Notes: generated by a model from the letters alone, not told the origin. DNA of 64,000 nucleotides from an uncultured Chloroflexia bacterium (GCA_963726245.1 CAVSBT010000027.1:58266-122265), one strand, 5' to 3'. Shown: positions 1 through 10,096, counted from the stretch's first letter. Numbers and translations are program-made.

Positions 1-224
1 TCTTACCCAACGCCAGGACCGCAAGCCCGTCTTACGACGTGAGGCATTGCCATGAGGCGACGGCCGCGTGGGGGAAACGGCGACCGGCCGTTGTACCACG
101 CGAGACGGGGCGTCAGGCGGTGGCAGGTTGGCTTCAGGAACAGGCTGCCCCGGTTGTGCGCATGAGGTCAAGGCAATAGGATAAGGCGGGTACGGGGGGC
201 GGACACCCGGCAAGGAGGGGATCG

Positions 225-1226
225 TTGAAGACCAGGATTACTGACCTATTCGGAATTAAGTATCCGATCTTCTGCGGTGCGATGATGTGGCTGGCTAAGC
301 CTGAGCTCTGCGCCGCAGTATCCAATGCCGGCGGGCTGGGTAACCTTACCGCGGGCAACTACAGCACCGGAGACGATCTGCGCCAGGCGATCGCCAGGAC
401 CAGAGAGCTGACGGACAAGCCGTTCTGCGTGAACCTGACTCTTCTGCCGTCGGTCCACATCGCCAAAGACCTGCACCAGGATTACTTTCGCGTCTGCTGC
501 GAGGAGAAGGTCAGCTCCATCGACGTATCAGGCGCCCCTCTGGATAGGTACCTGGGGCCCGACGCGATCCGTCAGGCGAAAGACGCAGGCTTGAAGCTGA
601 TACACAAGGTCGGCTCAGTGAAGCACGCCATGCACGCCGAAGAGGCGGGCTACGATGCGGTGATCGCCGCCGGCTTCGAGGAAGGAGGCCATCCCCTCCA
701 CGAAGACGTAACCACGATGCTGCTCACACCCCGCATCTGCCAGGCGGTGAGTCTGCCGGTGGTCACCGCCGGCGGCATCGCCGACGGGAGGGGATTGGCT
801 GCGGCCCTGGTCCTGGGAGCGGAGGGCGTGATGATGGCCTCCAGGTTCATCGCCACCACCGAGTGTCTTGCGCACAACCGTGTCAAGGAGGAGCTGGTCC
901 GGCGGCAGGAGAATGATACGGTCATGATCTGCAAGACCATCAACCTCCAGATGCGGGCCCTGAGAAACGCGCAAGTCGAGAAAGTGCTGGAAGTGGAAGC
1001 CCGAGGAGGGGACCTGCAAGAGCTCATCCCCCTCATCGCCGGCCAGCGTCAAAGCGCCGCCTGGGAGAGCGGTGACCTGGACCGCAGCCCGTTCCCTGTG
1101 GGCCAGTCCATCGGCCTGATTCACGATATCGTGAGCTGCGAAGAACTGCTGTCAAGGATGATGAGAGAGGCCGTGGACATTCTGAAGCGGGCGCAGGAGC
1201 GATTCGCCGCAGATCCCGTTAAATAG
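225..1226 (+). CDS. Nitronate monooxygenase / FabK-like flavin oxidoreductase
   Basis: MKTRITDLFGIKYPI N-terminus, AAVSNAGGLG, EEGGH, VVTAGGIADGRGLAAALVLGAEGV motifs; TTG start after GGAGG. Confidence 0.88.
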   Translation: MKTRITDLFGIKYPIFCGAMMWLAKPELCAAVSNAGGLGNLTAGNYSTGDDLRQAIARTRELTDKPFCVNLTLLPSVHIAKDLHQDYFRVCCEEKVSSIDVSGAPLDRYLGPDAIRQAKDAGLKLIHKVGSVKHAMHAEEAGYDAVIAAGFEEGGHPLHEDVTTMLLTPRICQAVSLPVVTAGGIADGRGLAAALVLGAEGVMMASRFIATTECLAHNRVKEELVRRQENDTVMICKTINLQMRALRNAQVEKVLEVEARGGDLQELIPLIAGQRQSAAWESGDLDRSPFPVGQSIGLIHDIVSCEELLSRMMREAVDILKRAQERFAADPVK

Positions 1227-1296
1227 GGGCGGACTGGATTCCCTCTAGCAACTCGAGGCCGGCGCGGGCAGCCAGAGCAGGCTCGCGGAGTGCGCC

Positions 1297-2994
1297 CTAG
1301 GGATTCATCTCGTAGGCGCCCTTTAGGGCGTGCACGTAGTCGCGCCATACGCGCCCATAGCGTTCGTCATCCGCCACGGGCTTCCTAATCATCTTCAGGC
1401 AATGGGCCGACTGTTCCGAATTGCAGCTCGGCTTGCTGTACAACTGGAGCGCGAATTTCGAGAAATCACGCACAAAGCAATCGAATATCTGGTCAACGAC
1501 GTCTGCCGGCACATCGTTGATGCGGGCGTTCTCGAGGATGAGTTGCCCGTAGGCGACCAGCGTGAATATTTCGCCAACGGCCAGCAGGAAATCGGTGTCG
1601 CGACTCTGGCTCTCATCAGGAGGCGCCGAGGCGAGCATCTCCGAGAAAACGGCGGTCTGCTCGCGGAAAACGTTGACGTTGGGCAGGTCCCAATCGCTGT
1701 AGGCGATGTTGTAGTCGTGGAACTGGATGTCGCCCATGCCCTTCGCCGGGCCCTGCTGGAACAGATAGCCGTCGTGCTTCGGCTCCGAGCGCTGCCCGAT
1801 GTCGGCGTACTCAGCCGGGTTGAAGAAGTAGTTGGCCATGAACTTCAGGATGAGGGCGATGTTCACGTGGACCGTGCCCTCGAGCTTGGGCAGGGCGCGG
1901 ATGTCCATGGCGGCGCTCTCAAAGTACATGTCCTTCTCGAAACCCTTTGCGGCAATCACATCCCAGAGCAGATCAATGACTTCCTCTCCCTGCGTCGTCA
2001 CCTTCATCTTCACCACCGAGTTGTAGAGTAGATAGCGCCTGTCTTTCGGTGAAGCGGTGCGCACGTAGTCGGCGGCCCGACGCGTAAAGAGATCCATCGC
2101 CACCAGGCGGGCAAAGGCGTCGGTGAACATCTGCTTGACGTGCGGGAAATCCGTGACATACATGCCGTAGAGACGGCGGTTGGCGGCATGGTTGATCGCT
2201 TCGTAGAAGGCGTGCGTCGAGATGCCGATGGACGCCGCGCCCAGGTTGAACTTGCAGACGTTGACAGTGTTGAGGGCAGTGTCCCAGGCCTCTCGGCCCC
2301 TCGAGAGTATGTCTGCCTCGCTGACCGGGTAGTCATGCAAGGCGAACGCTGAGACGTACGCTTGCGTGGCGACGACGTTGTCCAGCAGTTCGTAGTTGGG
2401 CTTCGTCGAATCAGCCACGAAGAAGACGTATTCCCCGCTGCCGGCGATCTTCCCGAAGGTCGAGACCATCGGTGCGACATTGCCGTTGCCGATGTAGTAC
2501 TTCTCTCCGTTTGCCTTGTAGCCGCCGCCGGGCTGTGGCGTGAGTGTCATCTCCGTCGAGTAGATGTCTGCGCCGTGCTGGCGCTCAGACAGCCCGAAGG
2601 CGAATATCGCCCCGTCCTTCAGAAGTTGCGCCGCGCGGCGCTTCGCTTCCTCGTTCCGGCTCATCCAGATCGGGCCGAGGCCGAGCGTCGTGACCTGCCA
2701 GGCGTACCAGTAATAGAGCCCGTAGAATGCGAGGATCTCATTGAAATCCACGTTGCGGAAGGTGTCCCAGCGCGACTCCGCATCTCCGTAGCTAGGAGGG
2801 GTGAGCAGCGTGGCGAAGATCTTCTCGTCCTTCACAAACGTGAGGAAGTCCTCGTACCAGACCCGCTGGTGAGTGTCCTCCTTGAGCCGTCTCTTCCCCT
2901 TCTTCTCGAAGAAGTCGATCGTGCTGGCCATTACCTCCAGCGAGCGCCTGTCTGGGTACCGCCGGACAAGGTTCTTCGGGTTCAACAGAAGCAT
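1297..2994 (-). CDS. Acyl-CoA dehydrogenase family protein
   Basis: AFGLSERQHGAD, ANGEKYYIGNG, KLEGTVHVN motifs; 565 aa. Confidence 0.88.
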   Translation of the reverse strand: MLLLNPKNLVRRYPDRRSLEVMASTIDFFEKKGKRRLKEDTHQRVWYEDFLTFVKDEKIFATLLTPPSYGDAESRWDTFRNVDFNEILAFYGLYYWYAWQVTTLGLGPIWMSRNEEAKRRAAQLLKDGAIFAFGLSERQHGADIYSTEMTLTPQPGGGYKANGEKYYIGNGNVAPMVSTFGKIAGSGEYVFFVADSTKPNYELLDNVVATQAYVSAFALHDYPVSEADILSRGREAWDTALNTVNVCKFNLGAASIGISTHAFYEAINHAANRRLYGMYVTDFPHVKQMFTDAFARLVAMDLFTRRAADYVRTASPKDRRYLLYNSVVKMKVTTQGEEVIDLLWDVIAAKGFEKDMYFESAAMDIRALPKLEGTVHVNIALILKFMANYFFNPAEYADIGQRSEPKHDGYLFQQGPAKGMGDIQFHDYNIAYSDWDLPNVNVFREQTAVFSEMLASAPPDESQSRDTDFLLAVGEIFTLVAYGQLILENARINDVPADVVDQIFDCFVRDFSKFALQLYSKPSCNSEQSAHCLKMIRKPVADDERYGRVWRDYVHALKGAYEMNP

Positions 2995-3049
2995 TCCTGG
3001 CCCCTCCTTGATCGCCTCCTAAGGACTCCGCTCCTGGCCCGCCTCAACC

Positions 3050-4672
3050 TCAGCGACCGCCGGCGCAGGATTTGCCGTCAAGGCCGCAGCCCGTAGGGCA
3101 ACCGGTTACCTTCGGGAGAGCCGGGACGCATACGCAGGTCGACTCGCCGCCCTGCGCGGATCGTTCGGTCTGGCAGGTGCACCTCTCGTACTGCTGGGTG
3201 AGCACGCCGGCGCCTGTGTGGCTCGCCGGATTGATGGCGCACACCGGATCGCCCACGGGCCGCTCGCCTTTGCAGGTGGCGGGGTCGCAGGTCGAGGGCG
3301 GGGGAGTGGCCTCGGCTGTAGCCTTCCGCTGTGGCCTCGGCTGTTGCCTGGGCGCAGTGGATGCCGTCGGGGGCGCAGCCGTAGGCACACTCCACCATCT
3401 CCCTCGCCTCGGTCCTCGATTGGCAGGTCGAACCGCCGTAGATCGTCGGCACGCACTCGCGGACCTCGTAGTTGCGCTTGAGGACGTCGTTGTCGGGGGG
3501 CGCCACGGTGCACGCAGAACGGGTCTCCCGTCTCCACCTCCGAGTTGCAGGTTGCCGGGTCGCAGGTAGACGATCGAAGCGCAGTCGCGGCTCTCCGTGT
3601 CGCCGGGCGCGACCTCCGCGCAGCCGTAGGGGCAGGCTCGGACTATCCCCGTGGACTCACTGCTGTACTGGCACTCGGTCTCCGAATAGTCATTGCCCCC
3701 AAACGTCTTCTGCTTGATGCCAACACACTCGTATCCGGTGTCGGCCCCGGTCACGCTGGCACTGATGCCGGTGTATGGGGTCCCTGGCGCCGATCTGCCA
3801 GGCACAGTACTGGTCGTGTGACATGGGAGGGTCGCCACAGGTGTTGTCCGTGCAATACGAACACGGGTCGTCGTAGCACACGACCACCGACGCGATCCCC
3901 GCCGCCGCAAGGGCCGAGATGCAGACGATGCATGATGGGATTGTAATCACAGTCGAAGCGCCTGCGGTGAGAACCTCTGCCACCACCGAGTCTATACACG
4001 CACGGCAGACCTTATTGACCACGTAGCCGTACCACGAGTCGGACAGCCAGGTGAGCGCGGCCCAGATGCAGTGCCCGGTCCGGCAACTGTGGTGCGCGTC
4101 CGGCGTGTCCACCTCGCTGCCCTTGAGGGTCTCGAGATCGAGCGTGATGGTCCCCTCGCTGTTGTACTCGGTGACCGTTCGCCCGTCCGAGGCCAAGTGC
4201 AGCGACCACGTACACGGGAGTCGCGCCCGTTTCCCGCATGGCGAGCGCGAGGCCGCCCTCCGGCGAGCCGAGGACGGCGGCCGTTACCTTGATGTCGTTG
4301 TCGTACTGCAGCTCGACGCCCGCGGTCGCCGGCCCGAAGCCGGCGCTCTTCGCCAGCGCTTCCAGCTCCACGTACTGCGCGTCGCCCTCGATGGTAGCGC
4401 GCACCTCGTCCTCGAGGAGCGGCCTCTGGGAGACGAAGGTCGCGAGCGGTTCCGTGCTCGTCCGCCAGGTTCTTGATGTGGAGGATGGCGTCCTTCTGCT
4501 CGTCGGACAGATCGGCCGGCAGGTCGAGCCCGCCCGGCGTCGGTGTCGGCGTCGTCTTCTCATCCTCACTCCCACCGCCCCCGCCGCACGACACGGCGAA
4601 CCCGGCCGCCAACGCGCACAACAAGAGGACACCCAGCCGCGCCGGCACAGCACGGGTGACAAAGCCATTCAT
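3050..4672 (-). CDS. Secreted cysteine-rich lipoprotein, split over several frames by apparent indels
   Basis: Lipobox-like FAVS-C then GGGGG; coherent protein can be stitched from ORF-track pieces 3992..4699, 4012..4668, 3690..4196, 3050..3910, 3078..3506; repeated CxYGC and CDPATC motifs. Confidence 0.7.
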
Positions 4673-4834
4673 CCCACTGCGCTCCTCTGAATGCAGCATC
4701 CGCCCCCAGGCACCGTCTTCCCTCTCACACTCGGTGGCATTCTACGTGCTCGAGAGCCCAGGGGGCAACGCGCGTGACAATGCGCGCGTCCAGGGCGACG
4801 ATGATTGTGCCATCCGGTGCGAGGAAACGGCCGG

Positions 4835-4868
4835 AAAAGACGAATCCCCTGGTCGCGAAACCAGGGGA
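4835..4868 (-). terminator. Intrinsic terminator downstream of the tRNA 3' fragment
   Basis: 9-bp stem TCCCCTGGT/ACCAGGGGA followed by TTCGTCTTTT on the minus strand. Confidence 0.6.
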
Positions 4869-4887
4869 CACATTCAGCCTTGGGCTT

Positions 4888-4926
4888 TGGTAGCAGCGGG
4901 TGGGATCGAACCACCGACACGGGGCT
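4888..4926 (-). pseudogene. tRNA 3' half (att-like fragment), resembles a CAT-anticodon tRNA
   Basis: Minus strand AGCCCCGTGTC-GGTGG-TTCGATC-CCACC-CGCTGCT-A-CCA: intact T arm, acceptor 3' strand and CCA; no D arm or anticodon upstream. Isotype is inferred. Confidence 0.8.
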
Positions 4927-5302
4927 GGCGCCGGCCCGCCCACTGGCGGGAGTCCCCTGCTTCAATATCGGGTGCGACTTGTCTACCCGAATCTCCCAGG
5001 CAACTCCGTGACCCTAGGATATGGAACGAATCCCCTAGTCGCCTTGCCCAATCGGCTGACGAGGGGATTTCTACATTGACCCTGATGGAATCTGCAGGCG
5101 GCCCAGGGGCCTCCCTGCTTGGGAAGATGGTGCCCGCCCGCGTCGAATCTACTTCAGACCCCAAACAGCGATTTGGGCCCGTCTTGGCCCCCTGTCTCCA
5201 AGAGGGCAGGCCCTTTGTCTCCGGGGAAGACTACCGCAGAATCGCGTGCCGGAGAAGCGGGCATGATCGGCGACGAAGGGCTTATGAGGCTTCTAAGGCA
5301 AG

Positions 5303-6268
5303 CTAGGGATTACTGGGGGCAATGAAGCTGACCTCGAGCCACGGTCGCAGGAGTGGGTCAGGATGGTTGCTGCCGTAAAAGGTGGCGGTGATGTCTCCAC
5401 CGGCAGCGGGTGCCGTCAGAATGACCCCATAGTTCTTAGACGAGGCTTCGAGCCATTCTTGCATCAGGGGCGTGATGTCCACTACCTTCCACCCAGCGCT
5501 CTTGGTGTCGATGCTTGTTGCCGCCGCCTCGTCGAACCGGCCTCCAAAGACCGATTCCCAGGTGGCCGCGGTCGGATCCCACGGAGCGGTCAGCCGATTC
5601 ACCGTCACCATCTCACCCGTTCCGACGGATGACGCCATGTAGATGTGAAGGACAGCGCGCTCGAGCGTGCCCGACCTTATCAACCCCGCGAAACTGATGG
5701 CGATGAGGATGCGCTCTCGACGACCAATCGTGTTGGAAACATACATCTCACCAGCGGCAGCGTAGTTCGTACTCGGGGCTTCCTCCGCGATGTATGTATC
5801 GGCGTCCGGATAGGGCCCGAAGCGGACGGCGGAGCTGTTCCTGGGAGAGCCCGGCGGCGGAGAACGTTCTGCCGTCGACTCCGGGTGTGGTGCCGGCGTG
5901 GAGTCCCCAGGCGGTTCCTCCGCAGGGGCTGTGGCCGCCGGGGTCAGAAGCCGGGCGGGTGTGGGCACTGCTTGCCAGTCCGGCAGCGAGGAGAATACTG
6001 GCACGAACTCCAAATCTTCCCAGGAGAACTCGCCGGCGAGCTGCGCCGCGTCCTCGCGGGCCTGCTGCGACACGCTCGGCTCCAAGGCGGGCAGATATGA
6101 CGACGTGTTTTCGCTGCGGTAATCCGCTTCCAGCTCTGATTTGAGATCGACAGGAAGACTCCCCGCTGCCAGATGCCCCAAGGCCAGACTCGAGGCAAGC
6201 CAGACACTTCCCATGCAGATGCTCGCCAATCCCAGGACGAGGCACAAACCAATTAGAACTCGCCGCAT
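5303..6268 (-). CDS. Membrane-anchored DNRLRE (CBM96-like) domain protein
   Basis: N-terminal hydrophobic segment, Pro/Ala linker, C-terminal DADTYI..P.TNY..W...ATW..DIT...W...NYG..RPWLEV pattern. Confidence 0.75.
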   Translation of the reverse strand: MRRVLIGLCLVLGLASICMGSVWLASSLALGHLAAGSLPVDLKSELEADYRSENTSSYLPALEPSVSQQAREDAAQLAGEFSWEDLEFVPVFSSLPDWQAVPTPARLLTPAATAPAEEPPGDSTPAPHPESTAERSPPPGSPRNSSAVRFGPYPDADTYIAEEAPSTNYAAAGEMYVSNTIGRRERILIAISFAGLIRSGTLERAVLHIYMASSVGTGEMVTVNRLTAPWDPTAATWESVFGGRFDEAAATSIDTKSAGWKVVDITPLMQEWLEASSKNYGVILTAPAAGGDITATFYGSNHPDPLLRPWLEVSFIAPSNP

Positions 6269-6285
6269 TGCCCGCCTACCCCTAC

Positions 6286-8133
6286 CTACGCGGCTTCCTG
6301 ACGGCTCGAGTCTCCCATGGTCGGTGGCAACCTGATCCCCTTGAGCAAGGGATCAAAGCGCCGCTGCGCTTCCCATCCAACGTAGATCTCCTCCAGGGCC
6401 ATCACGACGGTTCGGTCAAAGAGCGTTCCGGCCTGCTTCCGCAGCAGTGCAGCGGCCTCCTGTGGGGCCAGGGCCGGCCGGTACGGACGGTCGGTGGTCA
6501 ACGCATCATAGACATCGCAGACAGCAGCGATGCGGGCGACGAGCGATACCTTCTCGCTCCGAAGTCCCTGTGGGTAGCCGCTTCCGTCCAGCCGCTCGTG
6601 ATGACACAGCACGAAATCAAGCACTTCTGGCATGAGGTTGAGGTCTCCCAGGATTCTGGCGCCCAGCAGTGTATGCCCATCCACAACCAGGCGTTCCACA
6701 TCCGAGAGACCTGTGGGCTTCAGCAGAATGGCGTCGCGAATGCCGATTTTTCCGACATCATGCAAATAGCCGCCAACTCGTAGCGCGTCGAGCGTAATCC
6801 CACGCAGCCCGAGCCGCTTACCCATGAGCCGGGCCAACTCACCCACACGCATAGAGTGCCCCGCAGTATAGGGGTCCCGAGCGTCGACCACAGCCGTCAG
6901 CGTCTTGATGGTCTTGAAGTGGTGCTCGCGAAGTTGGTCGGTGCGGGAGCTCAGGCTCTCGGTCATGTCATCAAAGGCTTTCGCGAGCACCGCGATCTCG
7001 TCCTCCCCCGCGACCGAGCTTCTCGCGGATAGGTTGCCGGAGGCAACCTTGCGTGCTGCTCGGACGAGCCGGCCAACGCGAGCAGTGATGGCGTGCGCCA
7101 GCAGGTAGCCTGTCAGCAGCACCAGCAACATAGCCACGCCGAACACAGCGCTCATCTGCCAGCGGGTCACGCTGCCGGCCTCGAAGATAAACTGCGTTGG
7201 TAGCGCGACCGAGTAGAGACCGACAACCTGGTTGCGGACGATTAGCGGGCCATAGGCGAGGTCATACTCGCGCTTCCAAACGCTTCTCCTCTCCCTAGTC
7301 GTCTCCCCGTGCTTCCCTAGTATGGACTCCACCGTGGAGGAGCCTATCCCAAGGTTCACTTCTTCACTGGCGCTGCCCCCGCCCGCGAAGGTGCTAGTGA
7401 GAGGGTGTCCTTTGAAGTCGTAGAATGTCACATCGGCCAGCGCTTCCTCCCGTGCCTGTCTGGCCAAGCTGTCAAGATATGTCCCAACCAGAGCAACTCC
7501 CACAATCTCCGTACCGGAGCGAATGGGCCCAGCGGTGAAGAAGGTCAGCCCCTCAGGGGTCTCCACGAGACCCGCGAACTTGTCACCCTGCTCATCACTA
7601 CCGGCTTCAAGCACGCTTTGTACCGGGGGCCATTGGTTCGTGGCGGCTGCATCGACCGGCCGATATGTTAGGCCAGCCTCCGGCCCTTCCCCGGTCAGAC
7701 CCAGCAGACGATTGCCGCTCCTGTCAATTATCTCAGCCCGCTCAAGGCCTAGGTTCGTCATCAAGGGCTCCAGCAGCGTGGTGAGGCTCTGCGTGTCTCC
7801 GGCGGCCACGGCCTGTCCCACACCTTCTGTGAAGGCAAGCGTACGCACACCTTCTAGGTGGTTTCGCTCGTTTCGCACCACAGCATCGGCGGCTACGCGT
7901 CCCGCCTCGGCGAGTTGATTGTCGAAGCGCTCCCGAAGCGAGCCGGCCACGAGTGTGGTCACCATGTAGGTTCCGGCGGCACCCAAGAGTACGGTGAGGA
8001 GTGCATAGGGACCGATGATCTTCCAGCTAAGGTGCCGGAGGGGCCGGCCCCAGAGGGATTTCGCCGCATGGGCGAGGGGCGCGATGCTGGCCGCTGGTCT
8101 GGGCACTCGCAAGTGATCACGCATCCAGCGCAT
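6286..8133 (-). CDS. Membrane HAMP + HD-GYP phosphodiesterase with extracytoplasmic (Cache-like) sensor
   Basis: Two TM segments, HAMP (DEIAVLAKAFDDM), RDPYTAGHS, LHDVGK, HHERLDGSGYP, DVYDALTTDRPYR. Confidence 0.9.
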   Translation of the reverse strand: MRWMRDHLRVPRPAASIAPLAHAAKSLWGRPLRHLSWKIIGPYALLTVLLGAAGTYMVTTLVAGSLRERFDNQLAEAGRVAADAVVRNERNHLEGVRTLAFTEGVGQAVAAGDTQSLTTLLEPLMTNLGLERAEIIDRSGNRLLGLTGEGPEAGLTYRPVDAAATNQWPPVQSVLEAGSDEQGDKFAGLVETPEGLTFFTAGPIRSGTEIVGVALVGTYLDSLARQAREEALADVTFYDFKGHPLTSTFAGGGSASEEVNLGIGSSTVESILGKHGETTRERRSVWKREYDLAYGPLIVRNQVVGLYSVALPTQFIFEAGSVTRWQMSAVFGVAMLLVLLTGYLLAHAITARVGRLVRAARKVASGNLSARSSVAGEDEIAVLAKAFDDMTESLSSRTDQLREHHFKTIKTLTAVVDARDPYTAGHSMRVGELARLMGKRLGLRGITLDALRVGGYLHDVGKIGIRDAILLKPTGLSDVERLVVDGHTLLGARILGDLNLMPEVLDFVLCHHERLDGSGYPQGLRSEKVSLVARIAAVCDVYDALTTDRPYRPALAPQEAAALLRKQAGTLFDRTVVMALEEIYVGWEAQRRFDPLLKGIRLPPTMGDSSRQEAA

Positions 8134-8522
8134 ATATCATTATCGACGACTCACCCCGAATTCATCAGTACACTCCCTATCAGCATCAGGAGGGCCTCAC
8201 CTTCATGTGTTTGCAGTGTCACAAACCCGAAGATGGGGAGCGGCGGTGATATGCCTCGGAGCAGACCAAGGATCGGGTATCCCTTAGTCGGTGGACCTTT
8301 CCGGGCGACGTTGTGCTGAGTCTACGGGAGAAAGACGAGGGTGTAATCCAGACCGCCAGCGGGAAGCCGCCTCAAGGCCTGGGAGCCCTCTGCCTCCGTA
8401 GCAGATGCCCTGAAGCTCGTATCTGAAATGCAGACGAATGGAGGTAGTCGAATCTAGCGAGGCCCTCTGCCTCCGAGACGACAGGGGTCAAAGACGGGCG
8501 GCTAGAGGGTTGGATTTGAATC

Positions 8523-8598
8523 TGGAGCGGGAAACGGGACTCGAACCCGCGACCCTCTGCTTGGGAAGCAGATGCTCTACCAACTGAGCTATTCCCGC
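8523..8598 (-). tRNA. tRNA-Gly (CCC)
   Basis: GCGGGAATAGCTCAGTTGGTAGAGCATCTGCTTCCCAAGCAGAGGGTCGCGGGTTCGAGTCCCGTTTCCCGCTCCA, 76 nt cloverleaf with CCA. Confidence 0.97.
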
Positions 8599-8715
8599 TC
8601 GGCCACCATTCTAGTGATGCCCGCAGGGGCCCGTCAACGGCGCCGGGCCGTCCAGCGCCCTGGTCAAGGCTCTCTGGCCGTTCGCTGGCAGCGGGCGTCG
8701 GCTGGGACGGTGGCA

Positions 8716-9222
8716 TCATTCGAAAGGCTGCGTGAACCGCTCGCGGTGGGCCACCTCGGAGAGCGCCTTGCGCTGCTTCTTGCCGCGGCCGTGGGCCTGG
8801 GCCGGATAGCCGAACGGGATGATAGCCAGGACGTCCAGGTCGTCCGGAATGCCCAAGAGCGGCTTGACCGCGGTCAACGCGCGGAAGCCCACCCAGTTCG
8901 AGCCCAGCCCTTCTGACCACGCCGTCAGGATCATCGATTGAATCGCGCGGCTCGCGTCGGACACCGCGAATTTCGTTTCCTCAATCGCTACAACGACCGC
9001 CACGGCTGCCTGCGCCACATACGGCCCGGTTTGAGCCAATGCGCCGAGCTGACGTATGGTGTCGCGGTTCTCGACGACAATGAAGTGCCAGGGTTGGCCG
9101 TTCATGCTGCTCGCCGTCAGTCTCCCGGCTTCGACTATCCGCCGGACTGCGTCTGGCGGCGCAGGCTTCTCCTGGTAATTGCGCACAGCGAGCACCGTGC
9201 GCACCGCGTCGAAGACTTCCAC
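8716..9222 (-). CDS. Nitroreductase family protein
   Basis: AVRNY, TASSMNGQPWHFIVV, AWSEGLGSNW, IIPFGYP. Confidence 0.9.
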   Translation of the reverse strand: MEVFDAVRTVLAVRNYQEKPAPPDAVRRIVEAGRLTASSMNGQPWHFIVVENRDTIRQLGALAQTGPYVAQAAVAVVVAIEETKFAVSDASRAIQSMILTAWSEGLGSNWVGFRALTAVKPLLGIPDDLDVLAIIPFGYPAQAHGRGKKQRKALSEVAHRERFTQPFE

Positions 9223-9244
9223 CGCTTGCCTCCCTTCTGAATGT

Positions 9245-10096
9245 TCAAGCCCCTGAAGGCTGGCTCAGCCTCGAGCCCAGGATCCCCAGCGCCAGGAGGG
9301 CCAGCCCCAGCCCGCTCAAGGCAAGGCCGTTGCGGAACGGCAACCACGCCTCCGCCTTTGCCAGGCCCAGGAGCTGGACAGTGATGTAGTCGTCCGTCGC
9401 CCAGCCGGCTAGAGCAAGGACGAGGCGCACAACCGCCGTCAGCAGCAGGAAGAGCAGCGATGCCGTCGCGACGACGCCGCCCAGCGTGACGAGGCGTCCG
9501 TAGCCCCGCGTGATGAGGACGAGGGCGCCCGACAACGCCCCGCACAGGATGCTCAGCGCCAGGGTTGTCCAGCGAAGGGCGTCGTGGTTGCCCGCCGTGA
9601 GGAACCCGAGGCCCGTCCGGACGGCCCCCTGGACGGAGAGTCGCGAAGAATCGCCCGCCTGGCCCCCCTGGCGGAAGGCTGCCGTTCCCTCCTGGTAGAC
9701 TTTCTCCGCCGACCGGTCCAACAGCAGGTCCCGCACCTCCGTGGGCGGCTGCTGCGCTTCCCGTGGGGATAGCGTCACGTCCAGCGGGTAGTCGGGTAGC
9801 GACAGCGGCTCGTCCGGGGAGGCGCTGGCCTGCTCGCGGAGGGCCGGGCCTTGCACCGTCAGCAGGGAGTCGATCTCGGTCAGGCTGGCGATCCCGCGGC
9901 GGAGGGCGCGATGCGCAGGTCCCGGCGCCGTCAACTGGAGGAGGTTGAGCGCCACGAGAAGGGCCAGCAGCGCCATCGCCAGCCCGATAGCCGCGGCGAC
10001 CGGCGGCGATTGGCGACGCCACCCGAACAGCCCGCCCGTCGCGACGGCCTGCGAGAAACCTCCTCCCGCTACGCTGGCGTCTCTCTCCGAGCTCAT
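9245..10096 (-). CDS. Hypothetical multi-pass membrane protein
   Basis: About four hydrophobic segments; ATG overlaps the upstream RDD stop (ATGA). Confidence 0.65.
   Translation of the reverse strand: MSSERDASVAGGGFSQAVATGGLFGWRRQSPPVAAAIGLAMALLALLVALNLLQLTAPGPAHRALRRGIASLTEIDSLLTVQGPALREQASASPDEPLSLPDYPLDVTLSPREAQQPPTEVRDLLLDRSAEKVYQEGTAAFRQGGQAGDSSRLSVQGAVRTGLGFLTAGNHDALRWTTLALSILCGALSGALVLITRGYGRLVTLGGVVATASLLFLLLTAVVRLVLALAGWATDDYITVQLLGLAKAEAWLPFRNGLALSGLGLALLALGILGSRLSQPSGA

Noticed and set aside
1-53. Possible minus-strand gene start at position 53
   Set aside because: Too little sequence in the window to support a call.
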